Assembly: GCA_044347385.1 (NCBI GenBank)
Contig: JBIKUW010000002.1
Location: forward strand, 1 to 32,605
Reading direction: 5' to 3'
Length of the DNA: 32,605 nt
Source of the DNA: Rickettsiales bacterium
GTDB lineage: Bacteria; Pseudomonadota; Alphaproteobacteria; Rickettsiales; CAIPFW01
Under the pieces are notes generated by a model. That model saw only the letters and a list, made by a program, of their open reading frames with translations. It was not told the DNA's origin and ran no database searches. Of the stretch, positions 17,854-26,853 are shown one piece after another (within the stretch, counting starts at the first letter, position 1; the number at the start of each line of letters is the position of its first letter). The position numbers were made by a program, and so were the translations under genes.

Positions 17854-17964
17854 GATTTGCTATTTATTTAATGACAAATTAAACAGCATCTTTATATAGT
17901 TATTTTTTACATTTTTTATAATGTGGATTGTTTTTGTATGTGATTTGGAATATCTATCAGAACT

Positions 17965-19311
17965 TTATTCTTTATCTTTTTTTCTTCTTAAATAAGCTGG
18001 AATTTCAAATCCCAATCTAGATAAAACGCTTTGTTTCTGTTTCTCGGGTTTTTTGCTGTTATTGTCGGATTCCTTCAATTCGTCATATACTCCTAGTTTT
18101 TCCAATTTATCATTCATTTCTATTGATACATTTTGTCCAGCAATATTTAGATCTAATATTTTATCACTTTGTTCGTTTTGAATGTTTTGTTCGTTTGTTT
18201 CAAGAGTTTTTGTTTCTTGTCTTTGCAAAGTGTCTTGTCCCGGATAAAAGTTTTTCTTTTTAATGTTATCATGTTCTAAGTTTTCTTCTTCGTCTTCAAT
18301 ACCAGTAGCGACAACTGATACAAATATTGATCCAGTTTTATTTTCATCATACACTGATCCAAATATAATATTTGCATCTTTATCTATTTCATCACGAATT
18401 CTGTTTAAAGCCGCATCTATTTCGAATAATGTCAAATCATCTCCGCCCGTGATACTAACTAATAATGCTTTTGCTTTTTTGAATGAAATTTGATCCAAAA
18501 TTGGATTTGACATCGCATCTAGTGCTGCAATAATTGCTCTATCATCCCCGCTTCCGTGGCCAATTCCTATCACAGCCTTTCCTCTTTTACTTAGAACTGA
18601 TCTAACATCTGCAAAATCTACATTTATTAGTCCTGCATCTGTAATTAGTCCAGATATGCATCTAATTGCATTTCCCAATACTTCATCTGCTCTTGCAAAA
18701 CTCTCTTTAAATGTTGTTTTCTCGTTTGCAATTCTAAATAGATTTTGATTTGGAACTACAATTAAAGTATCAACATATTTCTTCATTTCGTCCAGGCCTT
18801 TTTGGGCAATTCGCCCTTTATTTTTCCCTTCAAAGTCAAATGGTTTTGTTACTACGCCTATACTTAGACTGCTAAGTCCATATTGTATTCCATGTTTACT
18901 TATAATTTCTTCTCTATTTTCTTGTAAATATTGTGCAATCATTGGGGCTGCACCAGTTCCGGTACCACCACCCATTCCTGCTGTTATAAAAATCATATCG
19001 CTATCTGCTAGATGTGATAGAACTTCATCCTTTGATTCAATTGCAGATTCTCTTCCAATATCTGGAGATCCACCGGCACCAAATCCTTTTGTTAAATTTG
19101 AGCCAAGTTGTATCTTGTGTTGTGCCTTGTTCATTAGTAGTGCCTGAGCATCTGTATTTGCAACTATAAAATTAACGCCAAGGTTATCTTTTATCATATT
19201 ATTTACAGCATTTCCACCAGCACCACCAACGCCAATGACGGAAATCTTTGGTGTTTGTTGTGCAAATCGTAAATCTTGAGAGTGATTTGAATTATTGCTA
19301 TTAATATTCAT
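17965..19311 (-). CDS. ftsZ: Cell division protein FtsZ
   Basis: It carries GVGGAGGNAVNNM, the tubulin signature GGGTGTGAAP and NVDFADV, plus the C-terminal conserved peptide FEIPAYLRRK. The ORF extends to 19368, but the ATG at 19311 (MNINSNN...) gives a typical N-terminal length. Confidence 0.95.
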   Translation of the reverse strand: MNINSNNSNHSQDLRFAQQTPKISVIGVGGAGGNAVNNMIKDNLGVNFIVANTDAQALLMNKAQHKIQLGSNLTKGFGAGGSPDIGRESAIESKDEVLSHLADSDMIFITAGMGGGTGTGAAPMIAQYLQENREEIISKHGIQYGLSSLSIGVVTKPFDFEGKNKGRIAQKGLDEMKKYVDTLIVVPNQNLFRIANEKTTFKESFARADEVLGNAIRCISGLITDAGLINVDFADVRSVLSKRGKAVIGIGHGSGDDRAIIAALDAMSNPILDQISFKKAKALLVSITGGDDLTLFEIDAALNRIRDEIDKDANIIFGSVYDENKTGSIFVSVVATGIEDEEENLEHDNIKKKNFYPGQDTLQRQETKTLETNEQNIQNEQSDKILDLNIAGQNVSIEMNDKLEKLGVYDELKESDNNSKKPEKQKQSVLSRLGFEIPAYLRRKKDKE

Positions 19312-19650
19312 ACAATTTTTAATAGAGAAACATTCTTGATATGATATTATATTTTTGTAACAAAACAATCATTTACTAGTAAAAGTTGCAATTCATTTTA
19401 ATAAAATATTGATAATTATTGTATTTATTTCAACAAAAGAATTTATATTGATTTTTGTTTTGATTGTCCTTAATTGCAGTGCTGATGTAATAGCAAATAA
19501 TTATTTATTATAAGCGCATGGGTTACAATAAAATATAATGAATTTGCATCATAAATACAGCAGATTAGAGGTGATGCGTAATGAATTTTGTGTTAAAAAA
19601 TTCAAAATAGTATTGGTTCTTAAATCAATCCTTAATCAACTTGTGGTTTC

Positions 19651-19678
19651 TTGACACTATCTTTTTTTGCTATAGACT
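19651..19678 (+). promoter_or_regulatory. Candidate sigma70-type promoter for recA
   Basis: A perfect TTGACA (19651-19656) is followed by a 16 nt spacer and TAGACT (19673-19678), 30 nt upstream of the ATG at 19708. The TTG that the ORF track used as a start lies inside this -35 hexamer. Confidence 0.3.
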
Positions 19679-19707
19679 TTAATTATTATTATTTTTTTTT
19701 AACAAAT

Positions 19708-20805
19708 ATGTCTATAGTAGAACAAAGAAACATGACCGAAAGACTTGCAGCAAGAAACGCAGCTATGGCAAAGCTTGAGAAAGAATTTGGTAAAAATACC
19801 ATTACTTATATGGATGGAAATTCAAGATTGGACATCAAGTCAATTCCAACTGGATCAATCGGTCTGGATATCGCAACGGGAATTGGTGGTATTCCCATGG
19901 GCAGGATTATTGAAATTTTTGGACCAGAGAGTTCAGGAAAAACAACTTTGTGTATGTCGATTATCGCTCAAGCTCAGAAACAAGGTTGTTCTTGTTTATT
20001 TGTTGATACAGAGCATACATTTGATCCGGTGTATGCAACTAGATTAGGAATCTCGTTGAAAGAATTGATGGTTTCTCAACCTGATTACGGTGAGCAAGCA
20101 TTAGAGATTGTTGATACAATGTTGCGTTCAAATGCAATAGATCTAGTTGTTGTCGATTCAGTTGCTGCTTTAACTCCAAAGGCTGAAATTGATGGAGAAA
20201 TGGGTGATAGTCATATGGGTTTGCAAGCTAGGTTGATGAGTCAAGCCTTAAGAAAGCTAACTGCTATTATCTCTAGGACTGGAGCAACAGTTATATTTAC
20301 AAATCAAATAAGAATGAAGATAGGTGTAATGTTCGGAAGTCCAGAAACTACAACTGGTGGTAACGCTTTAAAATTCTATGCTTCTATGAGACTAGATATT
20401 AGAAAGATCAATACTATTAAGAATAAAGAAGATGTGATTGGTGTTCAAACAAGAGTTAAGGTCGTGAAGAACAAAGTTGCTCCCCCATATCGTCAAGCTG
20501 AATTTGATATTATGTATAATGAAGGAATTTCTAAACTTGGTGAATTGATAGACTATGGTGTGAAATTTAACTTAGTTGAGAAAGCGGGTTCTTGGTACGC
20601 GTACAATGGTGAGAAAATAGGGCAAGGTAAGGATAGCGCAAAAGTTTACTTTAAACAGCAGCAGGCTAAAGCTATTGAACTAGAATCTATGATTAAAGAA
20701 TTTGCTTCTACAACAAATGCTTTAGTTATGACTGGTGAAGATGAAGATGGTGTTGCAATGGTTGAACAAGAGGTAAGTAAAAATACTTCTGAATTAGTTG
20801 AATAG
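19708..20805 (+). CDS. recA: Recombinase RecA
   Basis: Walker A is [44 protein letters not shown] and [28 protein letters not shown] are near-identical to E. coli RecA blocks. The ORF-track TTG start at 19651 adds a non-conserved hydrophobic extension, so ATG 19708 is preferred. Confidence 0.96.
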   Translation: MSIVEQRNMTERLAARNAAMAKLEKEFGKNTITYMDGNSRLDIKSIPTGSIGLDIATGIGGIPMGRIIEIFGPESSGKTTLCMSIIAQAQKQGCSCLFVDTEHTFDPVYATRLGISLKELMVSQPDYGEQALEIVDTMLRSNAIDLVVVDSVAALTPKAEIDGEMGDSHMGLQARLMSQALRKLTAIISRTGATVIFTNQIRMKIGVMFGSPETTTGGNALKFYASMRLDIRKINTIKNKEDVIGVQTRVKVVKNKVAPPYRQAEFDIMYNEGISKLGELIDYGVKFNLVEKAGSWYAYNGEKIGQGKDSAKVYFKQQQAKAIELESMIKEFASTTNALVMTGEDEDGVAMVEQEVSKNTSELVE

Positions 20806-20852
20806 GTTTAATATATAGTTGTTAATTGACTTCATAAACTTGAGAATTGACA

Positions 20853-20872
20853 ACTTATATGATAATATAAGT
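20853..20872. repeat. Short AT-rich inverted repeat downstream of recA (possible weak terminator)
   Basis: ACTTATAT-GATA-ATATAAGT forms an 8 bp stem with one G:C pair and a 4 nt loop, 48 nt after the recA stop. No T-tract follows. Confidence 0.2.
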
Positions 20873-20900
20873 ATTAAGAATTAAATGTAATGTTATTTGA

Positions 20901-21341
20901 ATGTCTTGGTTTTTATTTTTCCTGTTGTTTTTTTTTCTGTTTAGATCTATAGGAAATTTTATTGCAAGATTCTTATTGAATAGCGGAATGCATGCAAACA
21001 GTAGAAAGAATCGTGGTGGTGCAAACAGCGATTTTTTCAAATTATTTCAAGAGATTTTGCATAGTATGCAACAAAATGTTCATCAACAAAATAATTATCG
21101 TGGTCAACAACATTCTTCTGGAAATAGTGGAAGAGGTGACAATGTAGGAGGAAGTCGAGGTAATGGTATTTCTAGAAAAGAAGCTTTTGAAATTTTAGGT
21201 TTGCAAGAAAATGCAGGTGAAGAAGAAATTCGCACTGCATATAAAAAGTTAATTATGAAAAATCATCCAGATTCTGGAGGTTCAAGCTATTTGTTTAGAC
21301 AGATTAGTGATGCAAAAAAAGTGTTACTTGGTGAAAAATAA
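20901..21341 (+). CDS. Membrane-anchored J-domain protein, Tim14/Pam18 (DNAJC19)-like
   Basis: 146 aa. It has an N-terminal TM helix (WFLFFLLFFFLF), a G/N/Q/R-rich linker and a C-terminal J-domain: ISRKEAFEILGLQENAGEEEIRTAYKKLIMKNHPDSGGSSYLFRQISDAKKVLLGE. The HPD-x-GGS motif is characteristic of the Tim14 type. Confidence 0.75.
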   Translation: MSWFLFFLLFFFLFRSIGNFIARFLLNSGMHANSRKNRGGANSDFFKLFQEILHSMQQNVHQQNNYRGQQHSSGNSGRGDNVGGSRGNGISRKEAFEILGLQENAGEEEIRTAYKKLIMKNHPDSGGSSYLFRQISDAKKVLLGEK

Positions 21342-21433
21342 TTTTACTAAATTATTTTATGTAAAGAATAGCTGTTATAGATTATGTATTTATGTTAGTG
21401 TAAAAAAATTTACTTTAATGTTTTCAATTTTTT

Positions 21434-23065
21434 TTATTCAAAATGACATTTTGCTTCATCTGGTAGAAGATTGAAAATTGGTATCATTTTTTCAATAATA
21501 TCGTGAGCTATTGGCGCTGAAACAGCGCCTCCGGTTGTAGTAAATTTTCCTCCTTTCGGGTTGTCAATGCTTACAAAAATTATATATTTTGGATCGTAAA
21601 TTGGGAACACTCCTATAAAAGATGCAATAGACTCATTTTTTACATATCTGCCATTGTGTATTTTGCTACTTGTTCCTGTTTTTCCACCAAGACAGTATTG
21701 AGCCATTTCGGCTTTTCTTCCACTTCCTCGCACAACAACTTCTCGTAATAATTTTCTCATAATAATTGATGTTTTCGGATTGATTGTTTGTTCACAGTTT
21801 GTTTCTTCAATTGTATTGATATGTAAGTTACATTTTAATCCATCATTCATTATAGTAGATAAAGCTTGCACTATATGCAGTGGTGTAATTGCAAAACCAT
21901 GCCCATAACTAATTGTGACTGCATTAATTTCTGACCAGTGTTTTGGCCAAATAGGATGTCCTTTTTCATGTAGCCCAATATCAATATTTTTCATTAGACT
22001 AAGTTTTTCTATGTATTGTTTTTGTTTATCTATTCCCATTTTTAATGCTATTCTTGCTGTTCCAATGTTGGAGGATTTTACTAATACCGTTTCAGCATTT
22101 ATCATTCTTTCTCTTGATGTTACAAAATCATTTATAGAGTGTTTACCGATTTTCAATGGTGGCATTGAATCAAATAATTCTGTGAGTGTTATTGAGTGAG
22201 AATCTATTGCTGATGCAATTGTTATTGGTTTGAAGACAGATCCTAATTCATATACACCTAAGCTAGCTCTATTAAATAGTTCCACTGGTTTGTTTTTTTG
22301 GGGATTGTGTGGGTCAAAATTTGGTAGGCTGTTTAGTGATAAGATGTCGCCATTTGTTATATCGGCGACGATTGCTAGACCTCCATCTGCTTGGGTTTCC
22401 TTTATGTGTTGTAATAATGTTTCCTCAATAGCGCTTTGTAATCTTATATCTATTGTTAACTTTAACTCTGATTTTTGGTTGTAATAATTACTCAAAAGAG
22501 AGTCAAATTTTTTTTCTACACCAGACATTCCATTTTGATCAACATCAACATATCCAGTAATGAATGATGTTGTTTTATTATATGGGTATATTCGAACATA
22601 ATCCTTCTCAAAGAGAAGGCCTGGTATTCCAGCAATGTTGAGTTTTTTTTCTTGTTTTGGAGTGATGTTTCGTTTAATCCAAACAAATTTTTTTTGACCT
22701 GAGAATTGTTTAAATAATGTATTATTTTTTTTAAGTTCAGGGAAAATTGTCTTTAGTGTATTAATTGTGTAATTAAGATCTACTATTTTCTGTGGATTGA
22801 TCGCTATTGATTGTACTGGTAAACTTGTAGCTAAAAGTATACCATTTCTATCAACTATATTCTTTCTTTGGTTATTTACCTTTTTATATTCTAGTGTTTT
22901 TGTTTTTATAGACTCTTCTATTTGGTTATTTGGATAGAAAAGTTTACTAGTGTACACGATGCATAAGAATATAATAAAGATAATCAAAATTTTTACTCTA
23001 AGTTTTACTTGAGAGAAGTTTATTCCTATTATCAAATTTTTTTCATCATGTGTTTGTTTTGCCAT
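21434..23065 (-). CDS. ftsI: Peptidoglycan D,D-transpeptidase FtsI (PBP3-like class B PBP)
   Basis: 543 aa with an N-terminal TM anchor and a dimerisation domain. The transpeptidase motifs are SVFK (SxxK), SSN (SxN) and KTGT (KTG). Confidence 0.9.
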   Translation of the reverse strand: MAKQTHDEKNLIIGINFSQVKLRVKILIIFIIFLCIVYTSKLFYPNNQIEESIKTKTLEYKKVNNQRKNIVDRNGILLATSLPVQSIAINPQKIVDLNYTINTLKTIFPELKKNNTLFKQFSGQKKFVWIKRNITPKQEKKLNIAGIPGLLFEKDYVRIYPYNKTTSFITGYVDVDQNGMSGVEKKFDSLLSNYYNQKSELKLTIDIRLQSAIEETLLQHIKETQADGGLAIVADITNGDILSLNSLPNFDPHNPQKNKPVELFNRASLGVYELGSVFKPITIASAIDSHSITLTELFDSMPPLKIGKHSINDFVTSRERMINAETVLVKSSNIGTARIALKMGIDKQKQYIEKLSLMKNIDIGLHEKGHPIWPKHWSEINAVTISYGHGFAITPLHIVQALSTIMNDGLKCNLHINTIEETNCEQTINPKTSIIMRKLLREVVVRGSGRKAEMAQYCLGGKTGTSSKIHNGRYVKNESIASFIGVFPIYDPKYIIFVSIDNPKGGKFTTTGGAVSAPIAHDIIEKMIPIFNLLPDEAKCHFE

Positions 23066-23261
23066 TTTTTGCTAAGGTTTGTTTAGATCTTTTTATAATA
23101 TAATTTATATAATTTTTTGAGTAATTCAAGAAAGATAAAGGCATAGAATAAAATAGTGAAAATTTAATGATACTTTTTGTAATTAATTGTTGTAGAGCAT
23201 TGATATGCTTAAAAGTCTTCTTTGTTAGAAGACTGATATTGTTTTTGTTTAAGTTTAGGAA

Positions 23262-24893
23262 TTATTCATCAATAAATGCTTTATCGAGAGAAGCAGTGAT
23301 TGGAGAAATTATATATGATAATGGGGTCCTTGATTCTGTAAGAATATAGACTTCAGCTGGCATTCCAGGAAATAGTTTCATATTTTTTTTTGCAGCGTAT
23401 TCAAGTTCTTTCTTTGATATCATTACTTTTAAAGGATAGTATGCTGCTCCAATTCTAGGATCTATTACAACATCAGTTCCAACGTAAAATACACTGCCTT
23501 TTAGTTTTTTATATCTTCTACTGCTGTAAGAAACTAAATTTATCTTAGCGTCTAATAAGTTATTTATATCTTGATGATTGTAGCTAAAAAAATCCATTCC
23601 AGTGTTTAATAATGAATTAATTTCTTTGTTAGCTAATTTAGCTTCTATTATTAGAAAGTCATTTTGAGGAACTATTTCCATGATTGTTGCGCTTGGTTGT
23701 ACGACTTCACCAGCATTACGATATTTTAGATTATTTATAACTCCATCAATCGGTGCTTTTATAACATTTTTTTTAAGTGATTCATCTAGTGCTGCAATTC
23801 TTTCTTGTTCAGAATTTATCTCAATTTCCATTCCTTTGAGACTGTCCTCTATTTCCTTGAGTTTATTGTTTTTTGTTATAAGTAGGTCTTCTTCTAAAGC
23901 AGTTATTTGTCCATGATAATTTGTTATCATGCCATTAAATCTTTGATTTTCCTGCATCAAAGAGTCTCTTTGTGACTTTAGTTCGAATAGCCTTACCTTT
24001 GATGCATTACCTTCCAACAAAAGTTTTTCTGTATTTTTAATTTGCTCCTCAGTGTACTGAATTCTTTTCAGCAATAAAGATTGTTGTAATTCTAAACTGT
24101 TGATATCAGATTTGAATTGATTTTTTTTATCTTCTATTACTTGCAGATGAGTTTTTAATAGCCCAGTATTTACTAAAAAAGATCTTTCTTGTGATTTTAT
24201 GATGTCCTGAAACTCAAAACTTTCTTTTGCTGTGTTGAGTATATCTTGTGGGAATTTTATTTTTACGCTTCCATCTCTCTCGCTAATTAATCTAGCTTTA
24301 TTAGCTTTAAGAGTGAATAATTTGTTGTATGATGTATTGTAGCCAGCTCTTATATCGCTGTCGTGTAAAGTTAAAAGAGTTTGTCCATAGTGGACTATGT
24401 CTCCTTCTTTTACTAAAATGCTTTTTATTGTTCCACCAGTTTGATGTTGGACGTTTTGTTTGTTTTGTGCAAATACAACTTGTCCTTGCGCAACAACTGA
24501 TCCATCAATTTTTGCAAACACCATCCATGAAAAGAAAAATCCAAAAAATATTAGAATAATATAAAGACCAACTTTTAATGGATCCCTTGATTCTTTTATT
24601 GCGAGATATTCAAGTTCGTGTCTTTGATTATTATCCGAGAATTGATCATATTTATTGTCAAAATTTGTGATAATCGACTTGAATCCAGACTCAATTTTCT
24701 GAACAACTTTGCTTTTATTGTCCGTGGTATCTTTCTGAGTTGTTTCTGGGCTTTGATTGACATCTTTTTCGACTTCTAATTTATCGTGTCCAAGTATCGT
24801 TGGAATATGGAAGAACGCAAGAAATGACTTCCACTTAATGTATATATATCGAAAAAATTTATTATTTTTTATAAGCTCTTTTAATTTTGACAT
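23262..24893 (-). CDS. HlyD-family type I secretion membrane fusion protein (periplasmic adaptor)
   Basis: 543 aa with a single TM helix (LYIILIFFGFFFSWMVFA). It has a lipoyl-like beta motif (VQHQTGGTIKSILVKEGDIVHYGQTLLTL and APIDGVINNL), a long coiled-coil middle and a C-terminal LFPGMPAEVYI block typical of HlyD/AprE adaptors. About 105 aa precede the TM helix. Confidence 0.85.
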   Translation of the reverse strand: MSKLKELIKNNKFFRYIYIKWKSFLAFFHIPTILGHDKLEVEKDVNQSPETTQKDTTDNKSKVVQKIESGFKSIITNFDNKYDQFSDNNQRHELEYLAIKESRDPLKVGLYIILIFFGFFFSWMVFAKIDGSVVAQGQVVFAQNKQNVQHQTGGTIKSILVKEGDIVHYGQTLLTLHDSDIRAGYNTSYNKLFTLKANKARLISERDGSVKIKFPQDILNTAKESFEFQDIIKSQERSFLVNTGLLKTHLQVIEDKKNQFKSDINSLELQQSLLLKRIQYTEEQIKNTEKLLLEGNASKVRLFELKSQRDSLMQENQRFNGMITNYHGQITALEEDLLITKNNKLKEIEDSLKGMEIEINSEQERIAALDESLKKNVIKAPIDGVINNLKYRNAGEVVQPSATIMEIVPQNDFLIIEAKLANKEINSLLNTGMDFFSYNHQDINNLLDAKINLVSYSSRRYKKLKGSVFYVGTDVVIDPRIGAAYYPLKVMISKKELEYAAKKNMKLFPGMPAEVYILTESRTPLSYIISPITASLDKAFIDE

Positions 24894-24987
24894 TTTTATT
24901 TTTATGATTCATCTTCGCCTTATTATCTCATAATAAAGCAGGTTGGATAAAACTTTGTTAAAAAAAAATATCAAATCAATTGCCAAT

Positions 24988-25269
24988 TTAACAATTGATG
25001 CTTTCAGATATTATATTATCAGGAATGATGCTAACAGTAGTTCTGTTTTTTGCAGTTTTGCCAAACAATACTTTTCCATCTATTAGAGAATATATTGTAT
25101 GATCTTTTCCTATACCAACATTTTCACCAGGATGATATTTCGTCCCTCTTTGTCTAATTATGATATTTCCAGCAATAACAGCTTCTCCACCAAATTTTTT
25201 TACTCCAAGTCTTCGACCTGCGGAGTCACGACCGTTTTTTACGGAACCACCAGCTTTCTTCGTTGCCAT
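24988..25269 (-). CDS. rpmA: 50S ribosomal protein L27
   Basis: [29 protein letters not shown]...[17 protein letters not shown] is canonical L27. Confidence 0.97.
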   Translation of the reverse strand: MATKKAGGSVKNGRDSAGRRLGVKKFGGEAVIAGNIIIRQRGTKYHPGENVGIGKDHTIYSLIDGKVLFGKTAKNRTTVSIIPDNIISESINC

Positions 25270-25290
25270 ATTTAATTACCTAATAAATTA

Positions 25291-25587
25291 CTAGCTTATT
25301 ATTTCTTTTATTCTTAAAACGCTGATCATCTGACGATGTCCTTGTTTTCTTCTATAGTCTTTTCTTCTTTTTTTCTTAAAAACTATGATTTTATCACGTT
25401 TTTTATGTTCTAGAATTTCTGCTTTTACTGTCAAATTTGTACTTGATTTATTATCAAAACCAAAAAGAACATTTTCACCATCAAAGTTAATTATAGAGCC
25501 AATTTCTCCTTCTATTTTTTCTATAAATAGAACTTTTCCTGCTACAGCAACATACTGTTTACCACCAGTTTTAATAACTGCAAACAT
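25291..25587 (-). CDS. rplU: 50S ribosomal protein L21
   Basis: MFAVIKTGGKQYVAVAGKVLFIEKI... is the canonical L21 N-terminus. The ORF-track version begins 22 codons upstream at a TTG (25653), an extension absent from L21 proteins. It is in the standard rplU-rpmA pair. Confidence 0.93.
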   Translation of the reverse strand: MFAVIKTGGKQYVAVAGKVLFIEKIEGEIGSIINFDGENVLFGFDNKSSTNLTVKAEILEHKKRDKIIVFKKKRRKDYRRKQGHRQMISVLRIKEIIS

Positions 25588-25707
25588 TTTACTACCAAAT
25601 TTAAGTTTTGCATCTTGAAATACAAATGGTATTGAATTTTTTAATTTAGTCAAGTGGGAAAATATGGTTATTAATATTGATGAAATATAATATTGTCTTT
25701 GTTATCT

Positions 25708-26853
25708 TTAATTTTCCTTTCCGCGATCCCTCCTACCTCCTAGATCGCGAAATTCGATTTCTTTATTTTGCTTGTATATTATTTCTAGATGAGGGATAAA
25801 TATATATGGTTCTTCATTTCTATTACGTGATTCATTATTATTTTTGTCTGGAAAGTTATATTTTCCGAATGTGTCGCTAGGCTTGTAATTGTTTGGCATC
25901 GAATCACCATATCCTCTGAATGTAATTGGTTGAATATTTAGTGTTGGCAAGAGATCTAAGGCATATTCTGGTATTTTCTCTATAAATCTTTTTACTTTTT
26001 CAATGAGATCTGGCAATTTGGATCTATGATGTGCATCATGAGTATGATGTTCGGAGTGTTTGAAGTGATCTAGTGGATGAGGTTCATGACTATGCGCTGT
26101 ATGCTCACTATGATTTTGGTAGTGGGCATCATGTGTTTTTGAGGAATCTTCTCTGTTGTGATTGTTTTTGATAAAGTTCTCCAATATGCTGTGTTTTTTT
26201 TCATATAGTTTTTCATTATCATTTTGAATTTTCTCCCTATTTTTCTCATCAAAAGTTTTCTCATGCTCATTGCTTTTTGAGTTATCATTTCTATCATGAT
26301 GTTTATGATGTTCTTTTTCATTATATTCATTTTGTTTGAAGTATTCTTCGTATTTTTCATATTCTATTTTTTTTCCTGCACTATGTGATAGAAGTTTACT
26401 TCTTTCTTTTTGCAGTCTAAGAATTGCATTGATTAGTCTTAGTAATAAAATAGCTTGTAGTGCTAAAAATAATTTTTTTAGAAGAGATCGTATTTTAAAG
26501 TTGTTTTTAAATTTTCCTAAAATTCCGTGTTCGGATAAGATTGTGAGATTTATTATTTTTAATATAAGTACTAAAATATTTTGTAAAAATTTCTGAAAGT
26601 TGAAGAGTGAGAGTAATTTTTCAATAACATTTTGTTCTTCATCTAAAGTAAATTGATTTAGATGATCTTTGCTTAAATGAATGTTGTCATCAGATCTAAA
26701 CTCAGCTTCTTTTTCGTTTTTGAATGATTTTTTTGAATTAGGATTTAGTAAATATTCTTTCTTTAAATATTTTAATTCATTATCATTATTGATGTCATTT
26801 TGATTAGAATTGTTCATTTTTGTATTGTGTGTTAATTGTTGATATTTTACCAT
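25708..26853 (-). CDS. Hypothetical histidine-rich protein (orphan)
   Basis: It is 381 aa, or 369 aa if translation starts at Met13 (26817). No family was recognised. There are two hydrophobic or amphipathic segments (FLQNILVLILKIINLTIL and LLKKLFLALQAILLLRLINAIL). His clusters are KEHHKHHD and THDAHYQNHSEHTAHSHEPHPLDHFKHSEHHTHDAHHRSK (14 His in 40 aa). A long intact ORF in a stop-codon-prone AT-rich genome supports coding. Confidence 0.55.
   Translation of the reverse strand: MVKYQQLTHNTKMNNSNQNDINNDNELKYLKKEYLLNPNSKKSFKNEKEAEFRSDDNIHLSKDHLNQFTLDEEQNVIEKLLSLFNFQKFLQNILVLILKIINLTILSEHGILGKFKNNFKIRSLLKKLFLALQAILLLRLINAILRLQKERSKLLSHSAGKKIEYEKYEEYFKQNEYNEKEHHKHHDRNDNSKSNEHEKTFDEKNREKIQNDNEKLYEKKHSILENFIKNNHNREDSSKTHDAHYQNHSEHTAHSHEPHPLDHFKHSEHHTHDAHHRSKLPDLIEKVKRFIEKIPEYALDLLPTLNIQPITFRGYGDSMPNNYKPSDTFGKYNFPDKNNNESRNRNEEPYIFIPHLEIIYKQNKEIEFRDLGGRRDRGKEN

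Noticed and set aside
19312-19368. N-terminal extensions offered by the ORF track for three genes. They are ftsZ (19 extra codons), recA (TTG at 19651, 19 extra codons) and rplU (TTG at 25653, 22 extra codons).
   Set aside because: The extensions are not conserved in these families. Internal ATGs give canonical N-termini (MNINS...KISVIGVGGAGG, MSIVEQ...[17 protein letters not shown] and MFAVIKTGGKQY). The recA TTG lies inside a perfect TTGACA -35-like hexamer.
19616-19630. A possible alphaproteobacterial SOS (LexA) box upstream of recA: GTTC-N7-AATC.
   Set aside because: Only the first half-site matches the GTTC-N7-GTTC consensus. The second repeat matches 2 of 4 positions, and no lexA is visible. 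It is likely chance.
20855-21040. A 61 aa minus-strand ORF overlapping the start of the J-domain gene. Also the 60 aa plus-strand ORF at 23167-23349 overlapping the end of the HlyD gene.
   Set aside because: They have no motifs and overlap better-supported genes. Their composition is typical of random AT-rich ORFs.
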